This document shows, in pieces, positions 1-10,477 of a stretch of DNA of 64,000 bases. The stretch comes from an uncultured Paludibacter sp. Lineage in GTDB: Bacteria; Bacteroidota; Bacteroidia; Bacteroidales; Paludibacteraceae. The translations under genes were made by a program, and so were the position numbers. The notes beneath the pieces are model-generated. The model searched no databases. It saw only the letters and a list, made by a program, of their open reading frames with translations, and was not told the origin of the DNA. The stretch is taken from assembly GCA_963663115.2 (NCBI GenBank), contig CAXXNE010000001.1:81862-145861 (forward strand), written 5' to 3'. How positions within the stretch are numbered: position 1 is the stretch's first letter; every line of letters begins with the position of its first letter.

Positions 1-401
1 TATCCAGAGGATAATTGTATAATTTGTATGATTTCAACATTGATTAAATATTCTTATTTCTGGAAATTTATGAATTCAGCACATACCCGACATATAGCTA
101 ATATTAATTGTGTACCAGCTAATTGATTGTGTATGAGTATTCTTATATCTGTAATTGGAGTTGAATTGCAAGCAACAAAAAGAAAAAAATATCATAATTT
201 CTATTAGACATTATATAAGTTACAATACTTTTGAAAAATCTAAAGATAAACGCAAAGTACGCAAAGTTAAATATACCAATTGTTTTATAATCAAATATCC
301 GCAAAGTACGCAAAGAGAAAAACTTAGCAGTTTTAAAAAACTATTATTCATTGCCATCTAACTTATATAAACTCTATTACTTATGTTGCTGAAACGAATG
401 A

Positions 402-1020
402 TTAACTTTTTATAATAAGTTTCAATAATTCTTTAGGATCCTGGCGATTATCCCAGAAAGCCATAATAATTATTTGGTTTAAACTTTGTTTATAGAAAAT
501 GAAGTCGTCTTGACTTTTTTTAATGTCGTTCCTACGGAGCTTTCGTTTTATTTAATTAATATTTCTGAGGTTGTCTTAAAAGTCCCTTTACAATTTCATA
601 AAGTTATAAATTGAAAGTATTGTATTAAATAATTCATTTTTTGAACGCTAAGTCGCTACGACACAAAGCCGCAAAAGTATGTTCTTCGTGTCGTTGCGAC
701 GTTGTGTCTTTGCGTTCGAAAATTTTTCTTACAAATTGTAAAGTAGGTTGTCTTAAAAATTAGCTTACAAGACAGGCTCATAAGTAATAAGTCAAGACGA
801 ACTCAATACTAAAATGACCAAGTGAAGATACCCGTATATCATTAAAATCTGATATGCTAAATGCTTCAGGATGTTCTACAATCATTTTAGTCCGTTCAGT
901 AATTAATCGTATTAATTTTTCTGCATATTTTGTAGAACCATTCTTTATTGTCCAATATTTCAATATTGAACGACGTTGTTCTCTGGCCGTATATGTCCAA
1001 ACTACAATTCTTTCAGCCAT
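402..1020 (-). pseudogene. RelE/ParE-family toxin gene split by a 304-bp MITE (5' part 805-1020, 3' part 402-497)
   Basis: 805-1020 translates MAERIVVWTYTAREQRRSILKYW...SSLGHFSI. After removing 501-804 plus one AAT copy, 402-497 continues in frame as FYKQSLNQIIIMAFWDNRQDPKELLKLIIKS*, giving a ~103-aa ParE-like toxin. The present ORF (778-1020) ends in element-derived codons EFVLTYYL*. Confidence 0.6.
501..804. mobile_element. MITE-like non-autonomous insertion with 16-bp imperfect terminal inverted repeats and a 3-bp target duplication
   Basis: GAAGTCGTCTTGACTT (501-516) and AAGTCAAGACGAACTC (789-804) are inverted repeats (14/16). AAT flanks both ends (498-500, 805-807). No ORF, and it interrupts the toxin frame precisely. 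Confidence 0.6.
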
Positions 1021-1244
1021 TTCAAATCACTTTTATTCATTTCAGCTTCTGAAATAATTCTGTTTTCTTTTATGTCATTTTCGCTTAATTGAAGCATAAC
1101 TCTTTGTTCCGGAGAAAGACTTATCTTGTCAGTTACTACTGAACTATTATCAACAATTTTATAAATAGCATTTAAATAATCACGATTTGAAATTGCAATT
1201 AATTTATCAATAATGTTATTCCGAATAATATCTGTTTGATTCAT
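1002..1244 (-). CDS. putative antitoxin of the ParE-type module
   Basis: 80-aa ORF directly upstream of the toxin and overlapping it by 19 nt, with size and position typical of an antitoxin. No motif recognised beyond context. Confidence 0.45.
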   Translation of the reverse strand: MNQTDIIRNNIIDKLIAISNRDYLNAIYKIVDNSSVVTDKISLSPEQRVMLQLSENDIKENRIISEAEMNKSDLKWLKEL

Positions 1245-1279
1245 AAGTTAATTATTTTATAATTAGATTTTTTTTACTA

Positions 1280-1287
1280 CAAATATA
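1280..1287 (-). promoter_or_regulatory. candidate Bacteroidota -7 promoter box (TATATTTG on minus strand)
   Basis: CAAATATA on the plus strand matches TAnnTTTG on the minus strand, 36 nt upstream of the antitoxin ATG (1242-1244). Confidence 0.35.
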
Positions 1288-1383
1288 AACTATTCGATTT
1301 CAAAAAACAAGCATCCAATGAAATGATTTTTCCCTTTTTAACTCCTTATTACATATCTACTGCTGCGCGTGCCTTTATTTTCT

Positions 1384-1806
1384 CTAACACACTTTCACTG
1401 CTCCCCAGAAAAAATGCTTTCTTCTGTTGTCTGTAGTCTGTAGTCTGTTCATCTCAAACACAAACAAATCCCAACCGGCAATTCGTTTCAATATCTTTGC
1501 TCCCTGTTCTTTGTTCTGCTTACCGCTTACCGCTTGCTGCTTACCGCTTCCTGTTCGCTGCTTACCGCCTCCTGCTGACAAAAACTTTTTAGCCCACACT
1601 ATACTGATTCCATCCGGTAATAACACATCCGATGCCAGCAATGCTTCCGCAAATGCAGCATCTTTTCGGGCCATATTGTAAGAATGGGCATTGATGGTAT
1701 TTATAAGAAGTGTGCCGGATAATTCAGCAGCTGTTGCTGAGCAGGTCGAAGCATCAAGGGCTGACAAAGAGGAAGGGAAATGGAGGGATTGGAGAAGGAA
1801 TGACAT
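1384..1806 (-). pseudogene. 5' stub of a WecB/TagA/CpsF (GT26) glycosyltransferase gene with an in-frame low-complexity insertion
   Basis: LINTINAHSYNMARKDAAFAEALLASDVLLPDGISIVWAKKFL...RIAGWDLF matches the N-terminal region of GT26 enzymes. It is interrupted by GGGKQRTGSGKQQAVSGKQNKEQGAK, encoded by CTGCTTACCG-type repeats (about 1516-1580). It ends after ~110 native codons, whereas full-length family members are ~240 aa. Confidence 0.6.
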
Positions 1807-1942
1807 GATTAGTTTGTAAAGTTCATAAAGTTTATCAAGTTAAAAAGTTTGTCAAGTTATTAAGCTCGTAATCATTACTCAATTATTTTAACTACTACCT
1901 ACTTCTTTATGAACTGCTGTTATAGCCTGATATATTTAACTG

Positions 1943-2401
1943 CTACTCTTCGTGAGCCTCCATCAGTGCTTTAGTTTCAAGTTCCGGTGAAATACGAAAA
2001 TCGGTTTGTTTTATCTTTAATAAAAATGGTTTAACTGATTCAATCTTACCGGTAAGTTTTGCTTTAATAATTACCCCAATTGTACCTGTAAAATTCAGCC
2101 CTAATTGAGTTGCCACTTTCCTGGCTTTAAAGTCATCGAGGATTAAGGTACTGTTGTTAGTTTCAAGAGCCAGCGCAATTGCACTCGATTCGCCCTTATC
2201 TATTTGCATTTCCAATAATTGTTGCTTTTACTTATCCTTCATATCTACAACTTCTATCCACTCAGGTAGAACTTCACCAAATTCAGCTGCAATGTCAGTA
2301 GTAGTTAAAACACGACCATACACTTTTTCCAACAATTCAATTTCTCCTATTTTGGATAAGATTATCAAACAACTGGTATCCGAAATTATTGTTTTATGCA
2401 T
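1943..2401 (-). pseudogene. DUF3368/PIN-like toxin gene with an in-frame TAA
   Basis: ATG at 2399-2401 reads MHKTIISDTSCLIILSKIGEIELLEKVYGRVLTTTDIAAEFGEVLPEWIEVVDMKDK, then TAA (2228-2230). It continues in the same frame as KQQLLEMQIDKGESSAIALALE... to 1943. The tracked ORF (1943-2215) is only the distal part. Confidence 0.55.
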
Positions 2402-2621
2402 TTGCTACATCTTTTGACAAGTCAGTAGTTGGATAATTAAAAATAGAAACCTTATAAGTCGAAAGTAATTCGGCAAATGTACGCTTTGAATAACCTGCAA
2501 CATCGGCAGCCTGACCAAGCGAAAGCTTTCCCACCTCGTATAATTGCGAAGCAACCATCAATGTGAGTTCCTTGCTGTCTAAATCCGACATTTCGGGGAT
2601 ATTTATTGATATAGTTTTCAT
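2394..2621 (-). CDS. UPF0175-family antitoxin-like protein
   Basis: MKTISINIPEMSDLDSKELTLMVASQLYEVGKLSLGQAADVAGYSKRTFAELLSTYKVSIF is UPF0175-like. The start is placed at the internal ATG 2619-2621, and the gene overlaps the DUF3368 start by 8 nt. The upstream codons of the tracked ORF (ERAWIFGSNSRTEEN) look like a nucleotidyltransferase relic. Confidence 0.55.
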   Translation of the reverse strand: MKTISINIPEMSDLDSKELTLMVASQLYEVGKLSLGQAADVAGYSKRTFAELLSTYKVSIFNYPTTDLSKDVANA

Positions 2622-2791
2622 TTGTTTATAATTGATTTTTCTGTTTTCCTCGGTGCGGGAATTTGAACCAAAAATCCACGCCCGTTCTATGGGCTGGTTA
2701 GCAAAATAGTTAGACAATTTTGTTATTCATCTGGTCGTCATAATTCTATAATAAAGAAATTTGATAGTTCATTGAATATAAAAAACTTTTA

Positions 2792-3043
2792 CTAAGCCAT
2801 AAAATGTTTTTTCATTATAATACATTCTACTGCAAAGATATAAAATTTTATGCTAAACAATACATCCAATGCCTTTAGCGCTTCGGCAAATTCCGGATCT
2901 TTTCGGGCCATATTGTAAGAATGGGCATTGATGGTATTGATAAGAAGCTTGCCGGATAATTCAGCACCTGTTGCTGAGCCTGTTGAAGCATCAAGGGCTG
3001 ACAAAGAGGAAGGGAAATGGAGGGAGGTGAGGAGAAATGACAT
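2792..3043 (-). pseudogene. second, shorter 5' stub of the same GT26 (TagA/WecG-type) gene
   Basis: MSFLLTSLHFPSSLSALDASTGSATGAELSGKLLINTINAHSYNMARKDPEFAEAL parallels stub 1. About 180 bp (roughly 2862-3043 vs 1625-1806) aligns by eye at about 85-90% identity, after which the sequences diverge. Confidence 0.6.
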
Positions 3044-3047
3044 GTAG

Positions 3048-4286
3048 TTAATTTTCTAAAACTCTTTTATAAAGTTGAACCATTTTCTCAGCTTTTCTAT
3101 CCCAGGATAGTTCCTGCTGACGTTCTTTACAATTCTCGGACATTTCTTTTAATATATGACGATTATGATATAGATAATCAATTTTTGTTGCAAAGTCTTT
3201 AATGGATTGTTGAGGGTTTGTTAAAGGAATTTTAATGCCTACTTCTTCATTTACTACATAACCAAAACCACATGCATCAAAACATAAAACGGGTAGATTA
3301 GAAGTTATTGCTTCTAATACAACGGTTGATGTATCATCACTTATGCTGCTAAAAAAAAATAAATGAGCTGACTTCATTGCAGCTAATATCTTTGAGTTTG
3401 GTTGAGAACCATGCCAAATTAGTTGTTTTTCTACATTTATTTCTTTCGCCAATGAGCGATAAGTTTGTTCTTGAACAGTAGAACCTTTACCAAATATCTC
3501 CAATTGAATGTGTTTATTCATAGTTTGTGCAACCGCCTGAATAGCAATTGACAATTGTTTACGTAAATCAAATTTACCGACCCACATTATTTTTAGTACT
3601 TCATCGTCAAAGTTTCTATTTATTTCTGACATTTCTATATTTTCGAAACAACCTGTTTCCGGAATAATAGTTGACTCTAAATATTTATACTTTTTTATTG
3701 CATTATATGAGTCCGGAATTGAACTGATTAAAGCAGCTGCTTTGTTTAAAGCTTTATTTACACGATAATCATATCTTAGTTGAAAGATATTTAGAATATT
3801 TTTTAGCCTATAAACAAATTGATTTTTAAAACTTTCATGTTTTATATATGTTAATGGAAATTGCTTTAATCCACCTATCGGTCCCCAAACAAAAGGAATA
3901 TCTTTTATTTTCCAAAGATAGCCAGGTTCACGAAAGCCTATCATATTAAGCTGATGAAATATTTCAATTTTCTGAGTTCGAATTATCTCCAAAGCCATTT
4001 GATAAGTTTTCCACTGCCATTGCTTATAATACTTATAAAAACGCCAATCTCCCTGATTCCAACACATTTTACGTACAAGCTCCGATACTGGATTATAATA
4101 AAAATGCATATTTACTCCCTGTGGCAATTTAGACAACTCAACTTCAATCTGTTCGCGAAATTCACCTTCGGTAATAATATGCAGTTCACAATGTTTAGCT
4201 AAGTGTATACACCAATTCCAAGCCATGCCCGGTTCGCTCCCCATATTGGGGGAACATGCGTATGCATTAATAAGAATCTTAAGCAT
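3048..4286 (-). CDS. glycosyltransferase, GT4/GT1-superfamily type
   Basis: 412 aa with N-terminus MLKILINAYACSPNMGSEPGMAWNW and a C-terminal GT-B-like region (FFFSSISDDTSTVVLEAITSNLPVLCFD). Confidence 0.75.
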   Translation of the reverse strand: MLKILINAYACSPNMGSEPGMAWNWCIHLAKHCELHIITEGEFREQIEVELSKLPQGVNMHFYYNPVSELVRKMCWNQGDWRFYKYYKQWQWKTYQMALEIIRTQKIEIFHQLNMIGFREPGYLWKIKDIPFVWGPIGGLKQFPLTYIKHESFKNQFVYRLKNILNIFQLRYDYRVNKALNKAAALISSIPDSYNAIKKYKYLESTIIPETGCFENIEMSEINRNFDDEVLKIMWVGKFDLRKQLSIAIQAVAQTMNKHIQLEIFGKGSTVQEQTYRSLAKEINVEKQLIWHGSQPNSKILAAMKSAHLFFFSSISDDTSTVVLEAITSNLPVLCFDACGFGYVVNEEVGIKIPLTNPQQSIKDFATKIDYLYHNRHILKEMSENCKERQQELSWDRKAEKMVQLYKRVLEN

Positions 4287-4300
4287 ATCGTCAATATATA

Positions 4301-5308
4301 TTAAATAAATTTTGCAATTTTACTCAATTCGTATCGTGGCGACGAAGCTATTTTAAAAATTTCAGGAGGTATACCACAAACAATCATAGCTATAAACACT
4401 TCTGATTTAGGTGTTCCACATTTTTGTTGTAATTTTGAATCTCTTTCCGGAGTCGTACTACAGTTTAAAATACAAGCAGCAATTTTATAAAAATGTAATG
4501 AATACAAGACATTCATTGCATACATTCCTCCATCTATGTAGACCTGATTTCGTTCAAACGAATGACTAAAGCCTCCCAATTCACCAGTTATAACAATGAG
4601 TTTGTTTGCCAAATGACCAAATCCCCTGTTTCCTCCCTGTTCATCTAAAATATCTTTTATTTGTTGTTTGTTTTGATAAACATATGCTCTCCATGACTGT
4701 CTATTACAAGCAGAAGGAGTATTTCTTGCTAAATCCAAAGCCGCTTCAATTCTCTCGATTAAAATATCCTCATTTGAAAAATGACGAACGCTAGACCTAG
4801 AATGTGAAAAGGTGTCAAATGACTCCCCTACTGAGGCAAAATAAGCATCTCGTGTTGTAACTTTCTGCGATGAAACAAATCTATGGGTATTAAATGATTG
4901 TACTTGGTCAATAGATTGAACAACTTCATCTGGCAAAGGAAAATTGCAGTGCAAATGATAATCTTGATATTCTTTTATAACTGCGAGACAGTGTTGCAAT
5001 TGAGTGTCGTCATTACCATACAATTTAATATAATAAATGCATTCGTCAATCAATCTCATCAATGCATTCTGTCCAAAACCCAAACGAATCTCTGGCATTG
5101 TCAGTCCTTTTTCTATAACATGATAATGTTTTATTATATTACCTAATAGTTCTATATTTCCCTTTAATAAAAAGGAATCAGAATAGGCTAAATATCTTCT
5201 ACGATCATATCTGTATGCCTTGGAGACCATATAGTTTCTCAAAATCTTATTATAAAGATACCGTACAATTCTGTCCGGAATTATAGCTCGTAAAGAACTT
5301 ATAAGCAT
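4301..5308 (-). CDS. nitroreductase-family protein with a ~160-aa N-terminal extension
   Basis: The C-terminal half contains SRSSVRHF...ARNTPSACNRQSWRAYV...GGNRGF, typical of the nitroreductase fold. It lies adjacent to a pyruvyl transferase, a common pairing in polysaccharide loci. Confidence 0.7.
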   Translation of the reverse strand: MLISSLRAIIPDRIVRYLYNKILRNYMVSKAYRYDRRRYLAYSDSFLLKGNIELLGNIIKHYHVIEKGLTMPEIRLGFGQNALMRLIDECIYYIKLYGNDDTQLQHCLAVIKEYQDYHLHCNFPLPDEVVQSIDQVQSFNTHRFVSSQKVTTRDAYFASVGESFDTFSHSRSSVRHFSNEDILIERIEAALDLARNTPSACNRQSWRAYVYQNKQQIKDILDEQGGNRGFGHLANKLIVITGELGGFSHSFERNQVYIDGGMYAMNVLYSLHFYKIAACILNCSTTPERDSKLQQKCGTPKSEVFIAMIVCGIPPEIFKIASSPRYELSKIAKFI

Positions 5309-5339
5309 GGGTTAGTAATTTTTTTAATGTCAAACTGTA

Positions 5340-6494
5340 TTAATTCAATTTATCAAGCAAATAAGATATCGAACTACTTCGTTCATTATATAGAAGTTTA
5401 TTAGATTGGAAAAAATCAAAAGCCAACAGATTATCAAAACCTGGTACATCATCTTCTAATACAATCCGGTTTTCAAGACCTACCAAGTTTAGAAAATTAA
5501 GCATTCTTGAATTATTGTCCTTACCTTTTTTCAGAATTGTTATGAATGGAATATTAAAATTCACAGAAAAAGCTGTTCCATGAAAGGAATTGGTCACAAC
5601 GAAAGATGCATTACTAAATAATTCTATAAATTGTGACGGTCCGGCATCTTCAATATTAATTATATCCCGGTATTTTTTGTTTGCAAAGGCTCGCTTGCAG
5701 AGCATCACTATTTGTAACCCATATTTTTGTTTGAGTTGATAAGCCCAATTAATGATCGCATTGTTATCGTGCAACATGTAGATTAACACATATTTTTCTG
5801 GGAGGATTTGAGGTTTATCAATGACACTGTGCCATTCATTTTTCGTCAGCAACAAGGTTGGGTCAAGAACCCTCGTTGCTTTTCGACCAGAAATTTGTTT
5901 AACCAATGTAACTCCATCTTCTTCTCTAACAGCTATCGATTCCAAATTAGAAAAATATCGTTTATATACTTCATGGTATCTTACGTCAATTGACGACACT
6001 CCAAAACTCGAAGCAAAAGACATTTTCAATTTATTTTTAGGGGCAAACTCCAAAAAATATGGAGATAATGAGGTTCCTGTAGCCGGATTCCAAACCTGAT
6101 CACTACCTACTATAAAAACATCATAAGGATGAATTGCATTATTTAGCTCTGTCAAACTTCTGTATTGATTAGAAAAACGAACATGATCTCGATGAAAACT
6201 TTCAAAATTTTTAAGCCTATTTTTTATTGGGTTAGAGAAGATAGAGATAAAATCCTCCAGTATTGGTGTGACAATATGATATAGTAAATAGTTTTTCGTC
6301 CGTTCTTTTTGAGTAAATCTCACCAAAGGCTTTGCATCAATTGTCCTTCTATAATTCTTATGCTTGTAATATAAATAGTCAATAATTTCCGAATCGTAGC
6401 CTAGAAGTTGAAGTTTTTTTTGCAGAGCATAAGCTTGCAATTCTGCTCCAAAATTATTTGTCCGAGATACTGTTATAATTCCTATTTTTTTCAT
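5340..6494 (-). CDS. polysaccharide pyruvyl transferase family protein
   Basis: MKKIGIITVSRTNNFGAELQAYAL...VGSDQVWNP...NSFHGTAFSVNF matches pyruvyl-transferase family hallmarks. Confidence 0.75.
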   Translation of the reverse strand: MKKIGIITVSRTNNFGAELQAYALQKKLQLLGYDSEIIDYLYYKHKNYRRTIDAKPLVRFTQKERTKNYLLYHIVTPILEDFISIFSNPIKNRLKNFESFHRDHVRFSNQYRSLTELNNAIHPYDVFIVGSDQVWNPATGTSLSPYFLEFAPKNKLKMSFASSFGVSSIDVRYHEVYKRYFSNLESIAVREEDGVTLVKQISGRKATRVLDPTLLLTKNEWHSVIDKPQILPEKYVLIYMLHDNNAIINWAYQLKQKYGLQIVMLCKRAFANKKYRDIINIEDAGPSQFIELFSNASFVVTNSFHGTAFSVNFNIPFITILKKGKDNNSRMLNFLNLVGLENRIVLEDDVPGFDNLLAFDFFQSNKLLYNERSSSISYLLDKLN

Positions 6495-6495
6495 T

Positions 6496-7059
6496 TCAAA
6501 TAAAATCCTGCTTATTTAGGAATTTCAAATGTTTTTCTTTATCTAAATCATTAAAAAAGCGATCTTTGATTTTTTTTGCAGGTACACCACCCCAAATTTC
6601 GCATTCTGGTACGTCCTTATTTACTATTGAACCGGCAGCAACTATTGACCCCTTACCAATTTTTACGCCTGCTATAATTGTTGAATTATGACCAATCCAC
6701 ACATCTGATTCCACTCTTGTTAATGCATCATTTCCTCTTTCACCATCCCATATATATTGACCTGGTATATCAATTGTATGATCATTTTTCCCAACAAAAC
6801 AAACCCTACTGGCAATCAATATATTATCTTCAAAATGCACATCTGTAGCTATACTACAATATCTTCCAAACTGAACTCGATTTCCGATAACTATATCTCT
6901 CTTTGCAAATCTCGTATATGCCATAACTCGTACAAAACCATTATATTTAACCCATGGAAATCTTAACCGGAATATAAACCATGAACGAAAAATATTAATG
7001 ACATATCTTACAGTAAAATTAACTTTTGATGCACCTCTGGGAGTATTTGAAAAATTCAT
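6496..7059 (-). CDS. hexapeptide-repeat (left-handed beta-helix) O-acetyltransferase
   Basis: VWIGHNSTIIAGVKIGKGSIVAAGSIVNKDVPECEIWGGVPAKKI is a typical LbH acyltransferase C-terminus. Confidence 0.7.
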   Translation of the reverse strand: MNFSNTPRGASKVNFTVRYVINIFRSWFIFRLRFPWVKYNGFVRVMAYTRFAKRDIVIGNRVQFGRYCSIATDVHFEDNILIASRVCFVGKNDHTIDIPGQYIWDGERGNDALTRVESDVWIGHNSTIIAGVKIGKGSIVAAGSIVNKDVPECEIWGGVPAKKIKDRFFNDLDKEKHLKFLNKQDFI

Positions 7060-7067
7060 ACTTAGTT

Positions 7068-8359
<1,292 letters not shown>

Positions 8360-8363
<4 letters not shown>

Positions 8364-9196
8364 AAGACTTTAAGAGACCATAAACGGGGCCATAACACCC
8401 TTAAATGATTTGTTAAATAGTGTACTATAGCTTTATAATAACCAGCATGACGTTTTTCAAAAATAAAAAATTCTTCAGGATTTTGACCTAAAGGTGATCG
8501 AAAGGCTTTCCAACGTTTAAAAAAACAAATTTCGGGATTTCTCCAATCGGGAAGTGATAAATGTAAATCGCAACTACCCAGGATATCAGGTGCTACAAAC
8601 GAACTGACTCCAAGCTTTTTCGCTCTTAAGCCATAATCAAAATCACCTAAAGCATGATGAAAAACTGGGTCATTATATCCGACTATACTAAATATGTAAT
8701 TTGAAATTAAAACAATATTGCCATTAAAAAAATTGCATTCTCCTGCTTTTTCATACGAAAAAAGAAGTTTACCATCCATATATCTTCCACCATATGTTAC
8801 TTTCTGTACATCTTCTATTGAAGAAGTTGTGCCAACTATTATAGATTTATTTTCAAAGATATTTGCAGTGTTTAGTAAAGCAATTATAGCATTTGAATTA
8901 AGCAAAGTATCATCGTTGAGCCATAAATAATAATCATAATCTTTTGTTTTAGCAGCAGTTTGCCACGCTAAGTTCATACCTCTATTCCAAAATAAATTAC
9001 CATCTCCCTGAATAATGTTTACCTGTGGAAATTTCGTATTCAAAATTTGTGATGTACCATCTGTACTTCCATCATCAACTAAAAAAACTTCAATTTTGTA
9101 TTCATCCGGCAATACACAACTGTACAATGTTTGTAAACAAGCTAATGTTTTTTCTTTACGATTATGACAGGTTAAAAGAGTAGCTATTTGAAACAT
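8360..9196 (-). CDS. GT2-family glycosyltransferase
   Basis: ATLLTCHNRKEKTLACLQTL...VFLVDDGSTDGTS is a GT-A/GT2 signature. The gene overlaps the downstream gene by 4 nt. Confidence 0.75.
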
Positions 9197-9215
9197 AAAA
9201 AGTTTTTATTTTAGT

Positions 9216-10472
9216 CTAAATTTCATTGGAATTTAGTATGAAATTATAAATATCAATCTGTCTATTAAGCACTTTAATTTCATCATTTTCAACTAATCGC
9301 CTTTTTCTTGCTTTTTCGGAAATTGAATCTGACAACTCTTTGTTTTTGATGAGCAATTCAATTTTTGAGGCACAGTCAACATGATCTAAAGAATTATAAA
9401 ATAATGCTTCTTTTTTATCTTCAGCTAACTCTGGCATTGCACCAGCATACGATACCACAGTAGGAACACCAACCATCATAGCTTCTGCAAATGCTAAGCA
9501 GTAAGTTTCAATAAATGATGGAATAACACATACATTACATTCATATAATTTTTCGATAATTTGATCTTCATTTATAGAGCCTACATAAACAACATTGTTC
9601 TGTAAATTATTTTTTGTTATTAATTTATTTAAAAAAGCCGAATATCCATCTAATAGCCAATTTCCAATATTTATCATTCCAGCTAGCTGCAATTGTATAT
9701 TCGGATATTTTCTTTTCAAAACAGTAATAGCTTTAATTAAAACATGTAGTCCTTTATAACTTACAGCAGCAGACAAAAAAGAAAAGATAATAGGATTATC
9801 AGTAGGACTCTTGTATTGCCAAGGTACGGATTTATAAAAATTATCCCGTAATTTAATTTTAGTTGGAAAATAAACTGCATTTGGATTTATAATTGAAACT
9901 TGATTCTTTACCCAATTGGATTGATATGAGATATATTTGATTTGTTTGATACATTTAATTTCCTTTTCTCCTCTTTGTTGAAAAACTTTTTTCTTTCTCC
10001 AAAGAGTTCGCCAAGGCATTAATAACTCTTTTAGATGAATGGTTTGAAGAATTTCTTTAAAAGTAAGACCACCGTAATAATATTTGGCATAAGCAAATAA
10101 CAAACCTTGAATGTCAAGTAATGTTATGTACTTAATGTAGTTTTGGTGATACACCGATGCCCAAATATTTTCTGTACCCCAAATGTGTACAATATCAGGA
10201 TTTATCTCATTTAATATTAATTGAATCTCTTTACAAATAAAAGTAGATGCAATTTGCTGCGATTTTTTACTTTTATTTATAGGTAATACCCATTGTTGTA
10301 TTTTTCGGAATGTGTTTGTTTGAGTTACTTCTACATTTCCAAGTGAAATATTATACAGATTTACACTACCTGATTCCGATAAACTTTCAGCTAAAGGTTG
10401 TAACCAACTTCCTGTTTGATCAATTTTTTTTTCAGTAAAAACAACATTACAAAGCCAAACAATCTTAATCAT
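9216..10472 (-). CDS. GT4-type glycosyltransferase
   Basis: The start is moved to ATG 10470-10472 (MIKIVWLCNV...), because the first five codons of the tracked ORF lie in the IS end and target duplication. The C-terminal domain is GT-B-like (CVIPSFIETYCLAFAEAMMVGVPTVVS). Confidence 0.7.
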   Translation of the reverse strand: MIKIVWLCNVVFTEKKIDQTGSWLQPLAESLSESGSVNLYNISLGNVEVTQTNTFRKIQQWVLPINKSKKSQQIASTFICKEIQLILNEINPDIVHIWGTENIWASVYHQNYIKYITLLDIQGLLFAYAKYYYGGLTFKEILQTIHLKELLMPWRTLWRKKKVFQQRGEKEIKCIKQIKYISYQSNWVKNQVSIINPNAVYFPTKIKLRDNFYKSVPWQYKSPTDNPIIFSFLSAAVSYKGLHVLIKAITVLKRKYPNIQLQLAGMINIGNWLLDGYSAFLNKLITKNNLQNNVVYVGSINEDQIIEKLYECNVCVIPSFIETYCLAFAEAMMVGVPTVVSYAGAMPELAEDKKEALFYNSLDHVDCASKIELLIKNKELSDSISEKARKRRLVENDEIKVLNRQIDIYNFILNSNEI

Positions 10473-10477
10473 AATTT

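Noticed and set aside
1-126. Open frame entering from the left edge (41 codons, ...NINCVPAN*)
   Set aside because: It is too short and featureless to support as the end of a gene. No similarity was recognised.
155-361. 68-aa Lys-rich plus-strand ORF
   Set aside because: It has a low-complexity AT-rich translation and spans two direct repeats of CGCAAAGTACGCAAAG (251-266, 300-315). It has no recognisable motif or start context.
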